From positions 64,099,167-64,161,751 of the forward strand of contig JARDVH010000042.1 in NCBI GenBank assembly GCA_030324005.1: DNA of 62,585 nucleotides, read 5' to 3'. Of the stretch, positions 37,595-50,922 are shown in pieces (positions within the stretch are counted from its first letter, which is position 1; the number at the start of each line of letters is the position of its first letter). The notes beneath the pieces were generated by a model. It was given only the letters and a program-made list of their open reading frames with translations. It was not told the origin of the DNA and did not search any database. The DNA is from Negaprion brevirostris (Eukaryota). The position numbers were made by a program, and so were the translations under genes.

Positions 37595-39395
37595 TCAGGA
37601 AGATTAGGTCATCTATGTGCAAATCAACAAGAGATGGGTGAGATCCTAAATGAATATTTCTCATCAGTATTTACTGTTGGGAAAAGCATGGATGTTAGAG
37701 AACTTTAGGAAATAAATAGTGATGTCTTGAGGAGTGTACATTTACAGAGAAGGAGGTGCTGGAAGTCTTAAAGCGCATCAAGGTAGATAAATCCCCGGGA
37801 CCTGATGAAGTGTATCCCNNNNNNNNNNNNNNNNNNNNNNNNNNNNNNNNNNNNNNNNNNNNNNNNNNNNNNNNNNNNNNNNNNNNNNNNNNNNNNNNNN
37901 NNNNNNNNNNNNNNNNNNAGTGTATCCCAGGATATTGTGGGAGGCTAGGGTGGAAATTGTGGGTCCCCTAGCTGAGATATTTGAATCGCCGATAGTCATG
38001 GGTGAGGTGCCTGAAGATTGGAGAGTGGCAAATGTTGCACCTTTGTTTAAAAAGGCTGCAGGGAAAATCCTGAGCAGTCCAGACCTCACATCTGTAGTGG
38101 GTACATTGTTGGAAGGTATTTTGAGACATAGGATCTTCAGGCATTTAGAGATGGAGGGATTGATTAGGGACAGTCAGTATGGCTTTGTGAGTGGAAAATC
38201 ATGTCTCACAAATTTAATTGAGTTTTTTGAAGGGGTAACCAAGAACATAGATGAGGGCAGAGAAGTTGATGTTGGCTACATGAACTTTAGCAAGGCCTTT
38301 GACAAGGTACCACATGTTAGGTTGTTGCATAAAGTTAAATCTCACGGGATCCAGGGTGATGTATCTAAGTGGATACAAAATTGGCTTCTTGACAGAAGCC
38401 AGAGGGTGGTTGTAGAGGGTTGTTTTTCAAACTGGAGGTCTGTGACCAGCAGTGCGCCTCAGGGATCAGTGCTGGATCAACTGTTATTTGTCATTTATTT
38501 TAATGATTTGGATGAGAATATAGGAGGCATGGTTAGTCAGTTTGCAGATGACACTAAGATTGGTGGCATAGTGGACAGTGAAGCAAGTTATCTCCAATTG
38601 CAATGGGATCTTGATCAATTGGGCCAGTGCACTGAGGAATGGCAGATGGAGTTCAATTTAGACAAATGCGAGATGATGCATTTTGGTAGATTGAANNNNN
38701 NNNNNAGGGATACGTGTTTATAGCTACTTGAAAGTGGAATCACAGGTGGACGGAATGGTGAAGAAGGCATTCGGCATGTTTGGTTTCATCAGTCAGAACA
38801 TTGAATACAGGAGTTGGGACGCCTTGTTGAAGTTGTACAAGACATTGGTAAGGCCACACTTGCAAGGCCATTGGTAAGGACACACTGCGTGCAACTCTGG
38901 TTAGCCTATTATAGAAAAGATATTATTAAACTGGAAAGAGTGCAGAAAAGATTTACAAGGATGCTACCAGGATTTGATGGATTGAGTCATAAGGAGGGGC
39001 TAGATAGACTGGGACTTTCTTCTCTGGAGCATAGGAGGCTGCGGGGTGATCTTACATAGGTCTTTAAAATAATGAGGGACATAGATCAGCTAGATAGTTA
39101 ATACCTTTTCCCAAAGCTAGGGGAGTCTAAAACTAGACGGCATAGGTTTAATATGAGAGGGGAGAGATACAAAAGTGTCCAGAGGTGCAATTTTTTCACA
39201 CAGAGGGTGGTGAGTGCCTGGAACAAGCTGCCAGAGGTAGAGGTAGGTACAATTTTGTCTTTCAAAAAGAATTTNNNNNNNNNNTGGGCCAATGTAGGCA
39301 ATTGGGATTATCTTAGGGGTTGAAAAAAAAAGGTGGCATGGACAAGTTGGGCCGAAGGGTCTGTTTCCATGCTGTAAACCTCTATGGCTCAATGG
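37595..39395 (+). mobile_element. CR1 (HER1-like) LINE, best preserved copy; reverse transcriptase domain
   Basis: ORF 37920-38723: KSCLTNLIEFFE, NFSKAFDKVPH, PQGSVL and FADDTKIGG RT motifs; C-terminus and 3' tail follow with frameshifts; 5' truncated. Confidence 0.95.
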
Positions 39396-39829
39396 TTCTA
39401 ATGCTGTGGGTCCTTGTCTACTAATAGCTGGGCTATGATTGTCCAAATATATTTCATGCCAGTAGAAGATCTTCAGCCCATCAGCCAGTGGTGGATCCAA
39501 ATCAAATGAAAGGCTTCTATCTTACCCACTACACCATGACATGTTAATTATTTTTCATTATTCACTGCCACATTGTTTCACAGTTGTTGAAAATAAATAT
39601 TATTGTACAAGGTCAAATTCAGAGCACAGAAAACAAAAGAGCTAATAGTGCTGGGAACAATGCATGGTTATATTGGCAGCACCATGAGCTCAAAGTCGTC
39701 TTCACCACATGACACGGTCAGAAAACACGGCCATCTGAAAACTTTGATCCATGACTGGAAGATGGCAGAAAAAGCCAAAAGACATCCAACCTGAGGCTTA
39801 GGTAAGATCTCATAGATCTGGTATCATCT

Positions 39830-40530
39830 TGTAAACCCTCTCCATTGCCTCTCTATCCTTTTTACAATAACCGTAGACGGTACTCCAAGTGTAGTGGAAC
39901 CAAGGTTTGATACACATTTTTCTACTTTTTAACTCAGTCCCTTTAGAAATAATGTGAAGATGTTTGGTATGCTTTTTATGGCTTTATTAAATAATTTTCT
40001 CCTTTACTCCCAACCCAGTTTTATTTTCCAGATAATATGTGGCCTTATTTTTCTACCCAAAATGTAAGACCTTTCTTACCTCACACATATTTACATTGAA
40101 ATTCATTTGTTAATTATATGCGCATTCTACAAATTGGTTAATTTCTTACAATTTGTGGCAGTCCCCTTCAGTATTTACTCTTGCCGGAGTTTTCCAGCCA
40201 TTCCTGCCGGCAAGACTTTCTGGTCCCACTGACGATGATCCCCCACCACGAGTTCCCCAGTGGCAGGATGTGCAAGCAATGAGTGATTCCATTGATAGTG
40301 GTAGGACTGGAAGATCCCATCATCAACCAATGCCAGGCAACCTCCACCACTGTGAAACACATAGCAGGTTGCAGAGAATCCCGCTGATACTCCCAATTTG
40401 ATGTCATTAGAAAATTTAGAAATTGTGTTTTTGACTTCATAGTCTAAAGCGTTAGTACATATTGTAAGCAGCCGTAGTCTCAGCATTGATTCTTTAAGAG
40501 TCCATCTTGCATACTTTATTAATCTATGAA
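39830..40530 (-). mobile_element. Old CR1 fragment interrupted by a TIR element (~40175-40385)
   Basis: 'NALDYEVKNTISKFSNDIKLG' RT remnant, broken by a GC-richer insert with ends 'gccggagttttcc' and 'gagaatcccgc'. Confidence 0.65.
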
Positions 40531-41343
40531 TTATTGGCAAGACAAGTTAAGAAGGTGCTAAAATAGAAAAGGAATCCATGACTTTATTGCTGGAGGCATG
40601 GAGTATGAAAACAAGGAACTAATATTAATCCTTCAGACCGTACTGGCTGGGCCTCAGCTGGAATATTGGGTTAAGTTTTTATGGACTTGGGGAGACTTCT
40701 TGGAGGTTTGAAAATGTCTTGATCCCATTCTCTGGGTTTCTGATTTTCACCGATGTAGATTAAAAGTGTGGGCTGCTACGACTCACAAACCTGCATCCTA
40801 TATTTCCAATCTGGCTGGCTCCATTACAGGGATATATGTGTGTCCTCACCTGCCCCCCTCTAATTTTCATGGAGTCAGGCCAGCTTTTAAAGCACTCAAT
40901 GTTCATGACACCTTTGAGGTGGCATGAGCCATAACTTGAATGATGAACACTTTGAAAGATAAATTGAAAAGATCTTTCTTGCGCTTCCACCCATGCCTCC
41001 TACACTCACCCCATGGCTCCTTATATTCTTCATGGTAATCCATGTGACCCATCCACCACTCATGGCCTCTCATACCTTCTATGCTAAGGTATTCTCCTCC
41101 ACCTACCACCCATGGCCCCTCAAATTTAAATATTTATGTGGAAAGAGCAGTGAAGTGTAACTAATTGGATTGCTCTACTAAAGGGTAGCAAGTAAACAAT
41201 AGGCTGAATGAGTACCTCCTGGACTGTTTCATACTTTGACATTCTGATTTATCATACCTGGATACATATTGTACTGATGGAAGAGAAAAAATAATGACAA
41301 TACACCAGCATAGAAGATGTGGCCTTTCAAGAAAAAAAACTAT

Positions 41344-41479
41344 AGCCAGAATCTTACCACCATTCACGCTGGTGGGCTTTTCGCATCCCACCACAGTAGA
41401 TGGAGATTTGGCTGACTGCCAAATTCTCCAACTTCGCTGCAGCAGGAGTGTGATGTGAACAGCATGTAAGGTTGCACCC
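41344..41479. mobile_element. MITE-like TIR element
   Basis: AGCCAGAATCTTAC and GTAAGGTTGCACCC imperfect TIRs, internal hairpin 'ggagatttggc...gccaaattctcc'. Confidence 0.5.
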
Positions 41480-42519
41480 AATATTTTAGTTTGGAAAGTC
41501 TGTTACAACCTTTAGTGTAAGTTAGGTGTTATCTAAAAGAGACAATAAGAACTCCAGTGGAATGCATTGTAAGAGGGTAGGAAATTAAACACTGGCTCTA
41601 TTTTTCAGGTTTGACTGCCTTGGGCTGCTTTCAATTGAAGTGATGCAGTTAATTCATCCGTAATTATAAGAAATCATCTGCTTTGCTGTGTATCAAATTT
41701 TCTGATGGATCCAAAACATCTATAGATATACTTGTATCTCTGTCCTCCACACTACCAAAAGAACAAACAGATCATATAATATTCATCAGGGTAAAGTGTC
41801 ATAGCTGCAAGTTTAAAGCTGCTTCTCACTTAAATTTGATCTTTATGTTAAACCAACACTTGCGAATAATTCTTTACACAATTGTCTAGTAGCTACAACA
41901 GTAACCTATCCAATGAAAGACGCTTGGCTCTTGAAGACTTGACTGATACTCAATAGTCACAATGAAATATATATATATAGACTGAATATTTATAGTTCCA
42001 AATGGAATTTCCTATTATTTGCCTTGATAATTCTATGAACCTCTCCTTTCTTTAGACATGAAGTGACCAGCTAGAAATATGGCTGCTGCCACTGGGTCAA
42101 TTTAATGTTCACAGAATGTAATGTAACTGGATACAAACTGGGTGCACATACTTTTTGTCATTAGCAAAATAGTATTTCATAAACAGGAATATTCAACAAT
42201 ACTTGTTTGTTTCTTTATTGGAACTGAATTTGTTTCACATTATCAGCAGTATGAAAAACATAAATTTGATATTGTAATAAATTCTACAGCCAAAATGAAC
42301 AGGTGCAATATATTAGAAGAACAAACTATGGGTTGTGAGAAGAGCTCCAGGGAGGATTAAGTCAGAAGTGGAACTAAGAAAAAAAAACTGTTGAAGGTAA
42401 CTTGAAGGAATGTGAAAGCTAATGTTACCTATGAGAAACATAGTATGACAAAGACTGGAGTTGGTGAGCAAGAGCCAAAACTAAAGATTTGAATGGAATT
42501 ATTTTCAAAGTTACAACAT

Positions 42520-43200
42520 CTTATATTTACATAGCACCTTTAAAATAATGAAATGTCCCTTGATGCTTCACAGGAACATCGGTAATAAAACAAAGGGTGG
42601 GATTTTCCAGCCACGCTCGCCCCTAGTCTGGAAAATCCTGCTCGAGGTCAACAGATCTTTTTGCAGTCCGTGTCCCACTCACTATGATTTCCATAGCGGG
42701 TGGGATGGCAAAATTTAGCTTAAAGTGTGAAACTGAATTACATAAGGAGATATTAGGTCAGATGACCAAAAACTTGGTTGAGATAATTTTGAAGGAGTGC
42801 TTGAACAGAGGAAAGTGGGGTAGAGAGGGGGAGAGGTGTAGGGAGGGAATCCCTGAGCTTGGGACATTAAAAATTGGAGGCATGGTCACCAATGGTGGAG
42901 CAGTTATAACTGGGAATACACATTTGGCCAGCATTTGTGGAGCACACATACCTCAGTGGCTTGTGGGGCTGAAGGAAATTAGGGACAGGGAGGGTCATGA
43001 CTGTGGAGAGATTTGAAAACATGAATGAGATTTTTAAACTCAAGAGGTTGCTTGAGTAGAAGCTAATGTAGGACAGCAAGCATAAGGTTGATATGGGGAA
43101 CAAGACTGGTCACGAGTTAAGACACAGGCTACAGAGTTTTAGATGACCTCAAGGTTACAGACATAGAATGTGGAAGACCAGCTAGGAGTGCATTGCTAGG
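42520..43200 (-). mobile_element. L2-like LINE 3' region containing a MITE (42595-42721)
   Basis: Tail 'tatatttacatagcaccttt...gcttcacagg' plus purine-rich antisense body; the insert is the reverse complement of 46491-46618 and has AAA flanks. Confidence 0.6.
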
Positions 43201-44484
43201 GCAGTGTAGCCGTACCAAAATAAAACGCAGAGGCGGCGAACCAGCCAGTATTTGCAAAGTGTCAGGGTCAGCCAGAAAACTGGCGTGTAACTCTACGTGT
43301 TTCTTTCTAGATTTTGAGAATTGTTAAAGAAAAATATTGGGTGTGGTTTGTGAGGACTGAGAGTTGGTAATAGGCTCCATAGAGATCAGGGTGCCATCTA
43401 TAAGTCATGCCCCAATCAGAAACAAAACTGATATCCCCCTCAACAACACAGAGGTACCAGGGGCTCTCCCCCCTCCCCCAATTATTGCTAACACTTATCA
43501 GAACTGCTCCCCCCCCCCCCACAAGCACACAATCATCACCAGCAAGCCCCCACTGCTCAGTGACCGCTCTCCTCCCGTCCACCACACATAAATTAATCCC
43601 ACTCCCATCATTGAGCTCCCACTCGGGTCTAATCCTGACACTACCCACTGGTATAGGTTGGCAATGCCAGGATGGCACTAGGAGGGGTTTGCTAGGGCAG
43701 TGCCTGGCCATATCCCACTCCCCAGCAGGAGGGTGCTTTGTGCTCCTGGAACAATACCCTCAATAGGGTTACATTTTTAAAAACTTGTCAAGAGCCTCAA
43801 TGATATGAGGAGGGGAATCATATAGCATAGAGACTACATAATTACATGTAAATTTATTAAAATATGTTAACACAATTACAACACCAGCGAGGGGCGGGGG
43901 AACTCAGAAAATGCAATATCGTGCATGATCCCACACTTAGAAAGTGCGGGCTTAAGATCCTGCTCTTAAGAATTCATGCAAAAGTCAGGTGACAATAAAT
44001 AAAAAAGCAATTTTGAAAGGCTGAGTGACAGAAAAGTGGTCTGCAAAAAACAGTTCAGAGATGGAAAAATTGTTTGGCAAAGTAACTGATGCATTCAAGA
44101 TCATGTTAACCCTTTAAAATATACAATGTTAGAGCAGCATTGGGGATTGGTACATGGCAGACTTCTGAAATAAATTCTCCATGTTATTTTTCAAAAATAC
44201 AAACTATTGACAGATAGTTTGGCTCAAAAATCTAATTACAAAGAAGTCCAAGCAATAAAGAGAGCTAATATTGACATTTTTATTATTTTTATGCTTGCTT
44301 ATTGCCAGATATTAATTGGAATTGAGATTATTTTGGCAATATTATTGCCAGTTAATGTATTACGTATAGGACAGCAATGTTTTATGTTCCGTGAGAAAAA
44401 ACTTTGATGTTACAAGTCATATTTTAAATTTTAGAAAAAATATACTTAATTGTATCTATGGGTTACAACACTATGCATTTAATG

Positions 44485-44795
44485 GAATCATGGAACCCAT
44501 ACATTGCAGAAAAGGGCATTCAGCCCATCAAGACTGAACTGATAAAAATCCCACCAAGGCTGTTTCCCGTAACCAAACATATTTACTCTGCCAGTCCCAC
44601 TGACACTAATGGGCAATTTAGCATGGCCGATCAACTGAACCCACACATCTTTGGACTGTGAGAGAAAACCAGAGCACTTGGAGGAAACCCACGCAGACAC
44701 AGGGAGAACTTACAAACTCCACAGTGCCCAAAGCCAGATTTGAACCCAGGTCCCTGGTGCTGTGAGGCAGTAGTGTTAACTACTGTGCCATCACC
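44485..44795 (-). mobile_element. HE1-like V-SINE, near full length
   Basis: Reverse A/B boxes ('tttgaacccaggtccctggtgctgtgaggcagtagtgttaactactgtgcca'), central domain and CR1-type tail. Confidence 0.85.
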
Positions 44796-45119
44796 CATGC
44801 CATTGGCATCATTTTACAAATTGTACTACTGATACAATTTAAATACAATTCAGTGCAGCAGACCTTTCGGTATCACATGATTTTTTTTCTGAAAACAGAC
44901 ATTGGGATAACTTCCTGCTTGCCAGCAGCAAAAGTAAAGACATCCTGGAGATGAATGTATGAACAGTAGCTGCACCTACAGGAAGACGGTGCATCATGTT
45001 TGGATCATAGAAGTTACAGCCCAGAGGTCATTTGATTTGCTGCAGTTGTTCCACTTCAAGCTCTTCAACTCGAACTAGCATGGTCGGTTTACCATTTCAC
45101 CGTGCCTGTCGCATCAGTC

Positions 45120-45282
45120 CATAGAATTGTAAAATTCATACAGTTTAGAAGAGGCCATCTGGCCCATTGAGACTGCACCAACTCTCTGACAGAGTTTCTT
45201 ATCCAGGCTGTGCCTCAACTGTATCCCCATAACCTCCAAACTTCCCATGGCTAATCCATCTAACCTGCACATCTTTGGACTC
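45120..45282 (-). mobile_element. V-SINE 3' fragment
   Basis: 'agaagaggccatctggccc...catggctaatccatctaacctgcacatctttggact'. Confidence 0.7.
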
Positions 45283-46077
45283 ATCCCAGGTGCAATAAAG
45301 GGGAAAAAGGACCAGAGACTCATTCAATCAAGTCTCTACCTCCTGGCTTCTGCACAGCCTTGGGATTTCTTGAGACTTCTTTAAAGGCTTGCACCCATAG
45401 TAGGTGGTACACCAACTACAATGAAGTGGGAGGAGATATTCCAGACTATAATTTCCCAATGCCTGCAACGAATGGGAGCCCAGACTAGACAAACCGAAAG
45501 ATACCTGGTTCAAGTACTAAACCTGAGACCACAAATTGAGTGGGCTGTGTGGAAGAATTCAGGAGCTGAGCCAAAGGCCCAGTAGGTCAAGTGAGAATCA
45601 TTGTTTAAACCCTCAAGTACAAGTAGGTTCTTTGTAGGTGTTGAACATCTGAAATGTTCAAATTGTTGGGTACCTACAAGAGAATCCACTGTACTGGCAG
45701 TAATCCCATCCCCCTGTTCTTTCCCCATCAAAGAGTTAAACAAATTCCTGTGTATATGGTGTTTAAGCTTTTCCTTAATTGTACTCGTATTTTAATTCAG
45801 AGCCATAATTTTGGTTTCCAGCTCCCATTGCAGAGTGGTGCTTGCAGGCAACTCGCCATGTGGAAAGAATTAAACTTTTTCCTCGATTTTGCTATGATGA
45901 TTCTCATTTTATAGCCTCATTACTGATTTGCCAAGCTGTTCAAATACTTTCACCATGTACATTCTCCAAGCTTTTCACAGTTTTGAAAATCTCTAGTGTA
46001 GACTGCCTTAAACTTTCCCTATTTTAGTTATTTAGCAAAAGAAATTTTTGAGGCTATCATATATTAATTTCTCATTA

Positions 46078-47145
46078 CATAGAACATAGAACACTACAGC
46101 ATAAAAAAGGACCTTTGGCCTATGATGTTGAACCAAAAATGACACCAAATTAAACTAATCCCTGCTTGCCTTGGTCCATATCCCTTTATCCCTTACACAT
46201 TCATGTGCTTATCTAAAAGCCCCTTAAACACCCTATTATGTCTGCCTCCACCACCACCAATAATGGCAGTGCATTCCAGACACTACTATTTTCTGTGTAA
46301 AAAAATTCCTTTGAACTTTCATAACATAAGAACATAAGAACATAAGAAATAGGAGCAGGAGTAGGCCATCCAGCCCTTCGAGCCTGCCCCGTCATTCAGT
46401 AAGATCATGGCTGATCTGTCGTGGCTCAGTTCCACACTCCCGCCCTCTCCTCTCTCACCTTAAGTTCATGTGCCCTAGTATTAGACACATGGGCTGAAAT
46501 TTTACCACCCTGCCCACCATGTGAATAAGAGTGGGTGAGGGGCGAACAATGGAAAAGTCAATTGACCTTAGTGGGGATCTTATAATTTTGAGAGGAGTGA
46601 GGCCATAAAATCCTGCCCTTCAACTTTGGAAAAAAGATTCTGATTGTCAACCCTATCTATGCCTCTCGAAATTTTATAGACTTCTATCAGGTCTCCCCTC
46701 AGCCTCCGCCGCTCCAGATAAAACAACTCTAGTTTGTCCAGCATCTCCTTTTAGATCAGATCCTATAATCCAGGCAGTATCCTGGTAATCATCTTCTGCA
46801 CCTTCTCCAAAACTTCCACATTCTTCCTGTAATGTGGCGATTAGAATAGAAAGCAATTCTCTAAGTGCTGCCTAATTAAAGTGTTATAAAGCTGCAACAT
46901 GATACCCTAACTCTTGTACTCAATGCCTGACCAATAAAGGTAAATATGCCATACACCTGCTTTACCACCCGATGTACTTATGTGGCCACTTTCAGGGAAT
47001 TATGGACTTGAACTCAAAGGTCCCTTTGTACATCAATGCTGTTCAGCATCTTGCCATTAACTGTATTCTTACCCTTAACATGTGATCTCCCAAAGTGCAG
47101 AACCTCACACTTGCCAGGATTAAACTCCATCTGACATTTCTGCCA
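46078..47145 (-). mobile_element. CR1 LINE with nested CR1 tail (46321-46445) and MITE (46491-46618)
   Basis: (ACATAGA)n tail and CR1 body; internal (ACATAAGA)n-headed second tail; insert bounded by GGGCTGAAATTTTA...TAAAATCCTGCCC. Confidence 0.85.
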
Positions 47146-48068
47146 TATAGTATTATTCAAGTGAATTTTTGTTCTACATTCAGTCCTAATTTATAACTTT
47201 TCAGTTAAAAATTGGTTTAAAATATTTGTTAAATATTTGCATTTTCTTGGGTCTTAAGCACAAGGTGGCATCTTTTATGTCTAAGTGTGCGTACTCCTTC
47301 TTTCATTCTCCTAAAAAGATTTGCTATTTCCCTTTCATGCTGACGGTCAGTCTTTCAAGTTCCCTCTGCACCTTCTTGATTTCTCTTTTTGCTTCAGTTC
47401 TATATTTCACACATTTCTCATGGTTTATTTATGTTTTCTTGATATGATGTGGACACATGTTGAGAGTACCAATGCACAAATCTCATAATCATGAAAGAAA
47501 TGGAATAGGAGTCAAAGTGAGTAGGCTTTGACAAATCTCCACAATACATATAATTGGCTATTCTAAAAAGTCAGAGGGACAAATAACTGAGACACCAGCT
47601 CCATAATACCCATTGAGATGACACTAATTGGAAGGTTGCCAGATCCATTTTTTGAAAACTGGGGCACCCTTACTTTCCTGCCAGTTTCCTTGGATCCCTT
47701 GCATCAATATCCTCTTTGCTCAGTGCTCTTCAGGCCTATTGCCTGGCATATAGAAAATGCCGAGACCACAATAGACAATCAACAACCATCAATACAGCAT
47801 ACCTTGGATTAAATTAAATCACTGATTGTCTGACTTCACTTTACTAAGTGATCTAAGACCATTTTTGCACAAGCATATGAACTGAATTTACCCTATCATT
47901 TTATAAATAAGATCAACAAGAGGTTCTATGTCTAACTTGTTCAAATGCAATAGTTTGGGACATTGCGACGGTATATAGATTAGCTTAGAAGACAAATGTT
48001 TCTGGAGGTAACTACTGGATACCTTGAAAGACAAAGTAGAAAAAAGGGAGCTGGGCCAGAGAGAGATT

Positions 48069-49091
48069 GGGCAGAATTCTCCCATGTGGGGATTAAATCC
48101 CATGACAGGAGCAGGGTAGTTGACTGTTTCCTGCTGCACAGGCCGGCGGGAAAACACATCAAATCTTCCAGCCCTGAGCTCATTAATTATGCAACTGGGT
48201 GTTTTGTGCCATGCTGCATGGCTGGGCAGGTCTGATGGTGTTTAACCTGTCATCCTAGCCTGGTGCCATATTGAAAGGCACCCAACATCACTGTGCTGCT
48301 ACTGATGAAAGAAGTGGATCTCCTGAAAATGAAGATGGATCTCTGGAGGCACTCTGGGGCCAGAAGATGGATGTTCTGAGAAAGAGGGTGGATCTCTGGG
48401 AACATTTTGTGGCTGGATGCTGTCCAGGACACCAAATCTGGAAGGTTCACCTACAGATGCACCCCCACCAACTGTTGCAGTGTTCCAGGGTCCAGGGTTG
48501 CCATCAGCCTCCAACTTGTACTCTGGAGGCAGCCCCAGGCATTGTTCAGGTGAGTCTGACAGCTGCATGCAACGTTATTCCAAATATGCTGGTACTGATA
48601 TTTTTTCTCGCTGGCACTGCACAGAATCAGATGTAGGTGACATCCCATTCGTGCAATAAAAATGAGTTTCATGTCGGCCTCCAGCACAATTCCTGATCCG
48701 CTGTGGCGGGCAGCAGTGGAACATAAGAACATAAGAAATAAGAGCAGGAGTAGGCCATCTAGCCCTTTGAGCCTGCCCTGCCATTCAATAAGATCATGGN
48801 NNNNNNNNNNNNNNNNNNNNNNNNNNNNNNNNNNNNNNNNNNNNNNNNNNNNNNNNNNNNNNNNNNNNNNNNNNNNNNNNNNNNNNNNNNNNNNNNNNNC
48901 CAGCATCCCATTCGCCTTCCTGACCACCTGCTGCACCTGCAGGCTGGGTTTTTGCGACTCATGCACAAGGACCCCCCCCCCCACTGTAAATTCATGCAAT
49001 GTAAAACTGATTGTTAGGCTTCCCATTGAATTCTCCCACACCGTCAGCCTGCCATTGAACCTATTAGGAGGGACTTGGGAGAATTCCACCC
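48069..49091. mobile_element. Non-autonomous TIR DNA transposon (Harbinger-like) with nested CR1 fragment (48719-48980)
   Basis: TIRs GGGCAGAATTCTCCCA (48069-48084) and TGGGAGAATTCCACCC (49076-49091), 14/16 match; flanks ATT and AGT. Confidence 0.6.
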
Positions 49092-49216
49092 AGTGGCCTT
49101 TTGGTGTTGTCAATAATCTGATTAAAATCTCTGCCAGAGTGATTCTGGCAGAGATTGTGTTTCTGGCAAGGAAGCTGGGCTATCAGGGAGCAGGTTGGAG
49201 TTTGGGCTGCAATACT

Positions 49217-49510
49217 CATAGAATCATAGAATCTACAGTGCAGAAGGAGGCCATTTGGCCCATTGAACCAATAATAATCCCATCCAGATCCTGCCCTATC
49301 TCCGTAACCCCAATATTTATCCTCCTAAATCCCCCTGACATTAAGGGGCAATTTAGCATGGTCAATCAACCTAACTCAGGAAACTGGAGAACCCAGTGGA
49401 AACCCACTCATGGGGGGAATGTGCAAACTCAACACAGACAGTTACCGAGGCCAGAATTGAACCCGGGTTCTTGGGGCTGTAAGGCAGCAATGCTTGCCAC
49501 CGTGCCTCCC
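49217..49510 (-). mobile_element. HE1-like V-SINE
   Basis: (CATAGAAT)n tail, 'ggggcaatttagcatgg', reverse B box 'gaattgaacccggg'. Confidence 0.85.
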
Positions 49511-50922
49511 CAACACACCAACCTCAGTCAACTTATCTCTCTCCCTGTGAATATAACCTCCAGATAGCAGTGTCGAATTGAAGAGTCACCTCTATTACAT
49601 CTCCTTTTTCTCTTGATGCCTTTTATTTATTTAGAAAGTTGGGCTATGTGTGTTTCTTTTAAGAAGACAATGCTCTGATTTTTAAAGCTATTCTTTCAGC
49701 CAATTAGAAACTCAAATCTTGAAGCCTAAGCTTGTAACTATCAACCTATGGGATTCTTTATCCATCAGAAGAGGAAAATGAGGAAAAATTCCAGTATGCC
49801 GACGATCTCTTCAGGTGCTTTGTGGAGATGCCTTTAAGACAATTGAGAAGGCTGATTTCCATTCACAAACAATTTCTTTTTACATATTCATTTATTTTTA
49901 GACTTACAGAAAGTAGTTGTCCTTAGGCATACCACCAAACGACTCATCGTAAGGATGATTCTCGTATCACAGGGAAGTCGGGTTTTTTACCTCAGCTTTT
50001 GTAATGGTATCCGGAACGAAATATTTTTCCATGTTCCTGTTCTCATCATTTAAATGCACAAAAAATAATGTAATTTTGCCTCAATGATGCTTACGTAATG
50101 ATGGTTAGAGCCTTTTACCCAGCATGCTGTCTTTTAGTCACAATCTTTTGTTTCTTTGCAGAATTGTTTTATATTATAATGTTCTTCTATTTACAGGAGC
50201 ATAGATAATATTACTTAAATTGTCTAGTATGATTGCAGTTGATAATAGTATGATTGTGACATGTATTTAGAGGGGTAATTTGACTACCGGAAAAGATTAA
50301 TTTCACTGGTAACAAAAGTACCATTAGCACTGAGGCTTGCATTTGCCATCAGTGACATTTTTGTAGCAGAAAAGCAGAAAAGCACCCATATACTGTTTTG
50401 TTTGTAGCTGTGCCGAGATTCATTAATATTATCAATGAAGTAATCATACCTTAATACTCTATAGAAATGGATATTTTAAGAGCTTCAAAGTATTGTCACC
50501 AGGTGTAGATTGGGGGAAAAGCATTTCCTTCACCCTTTGTGTTACTTCTTTTTCAACAAAAGTGGATTTCTTCATTGAAAATTCACAAACCTTAAAAAAA
50601 ACTTAAGGCAGTGATTTCATTTTGAACATATAAAAACAGTAACTTATTTATTTTAACAGTTAACTTTCATGGTCCAAATCTTCTAAGGGGTGGCAATCAC
50701 CATCTGATTGCAACTCTGCTCTTATTTGCTGTGACATGACTTTGCTCAGCAATTCTGGCTGTGTCTTCCAATCACAGCTCCCTCAGAAATACAGAGTGAT
50801 CTTCCATGAAACTCCTTCCTTTGCAGCTCTGGATTGTCATGGGAAAGGCAAACCTTGCCCCCTTTTTATGGCACTAGCTGCTATATTCCAGCAAGAGAGT
50901 TCATTAATACACTGAAAACTTT

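Noticed and set aside
37920-38723. 267-aa reverse transcriptase ORF as a host gene or retron-like system
   Set aside because: Ordinary 5'-truncated CR1 with frameshifts downstream and many paralogous fragments in the window.
45282-45700. Possible Tx1/L1-type LINE remnant
   Set aside because: Too decayed to support any motif by eye.
49745-49814. Protein-like plus-strand frame YGILYPSEEENEEKFQYADDLFR
   Set aside because: There is an in-frame TAA just upstream with no acceptor in between, and the donor is weak.
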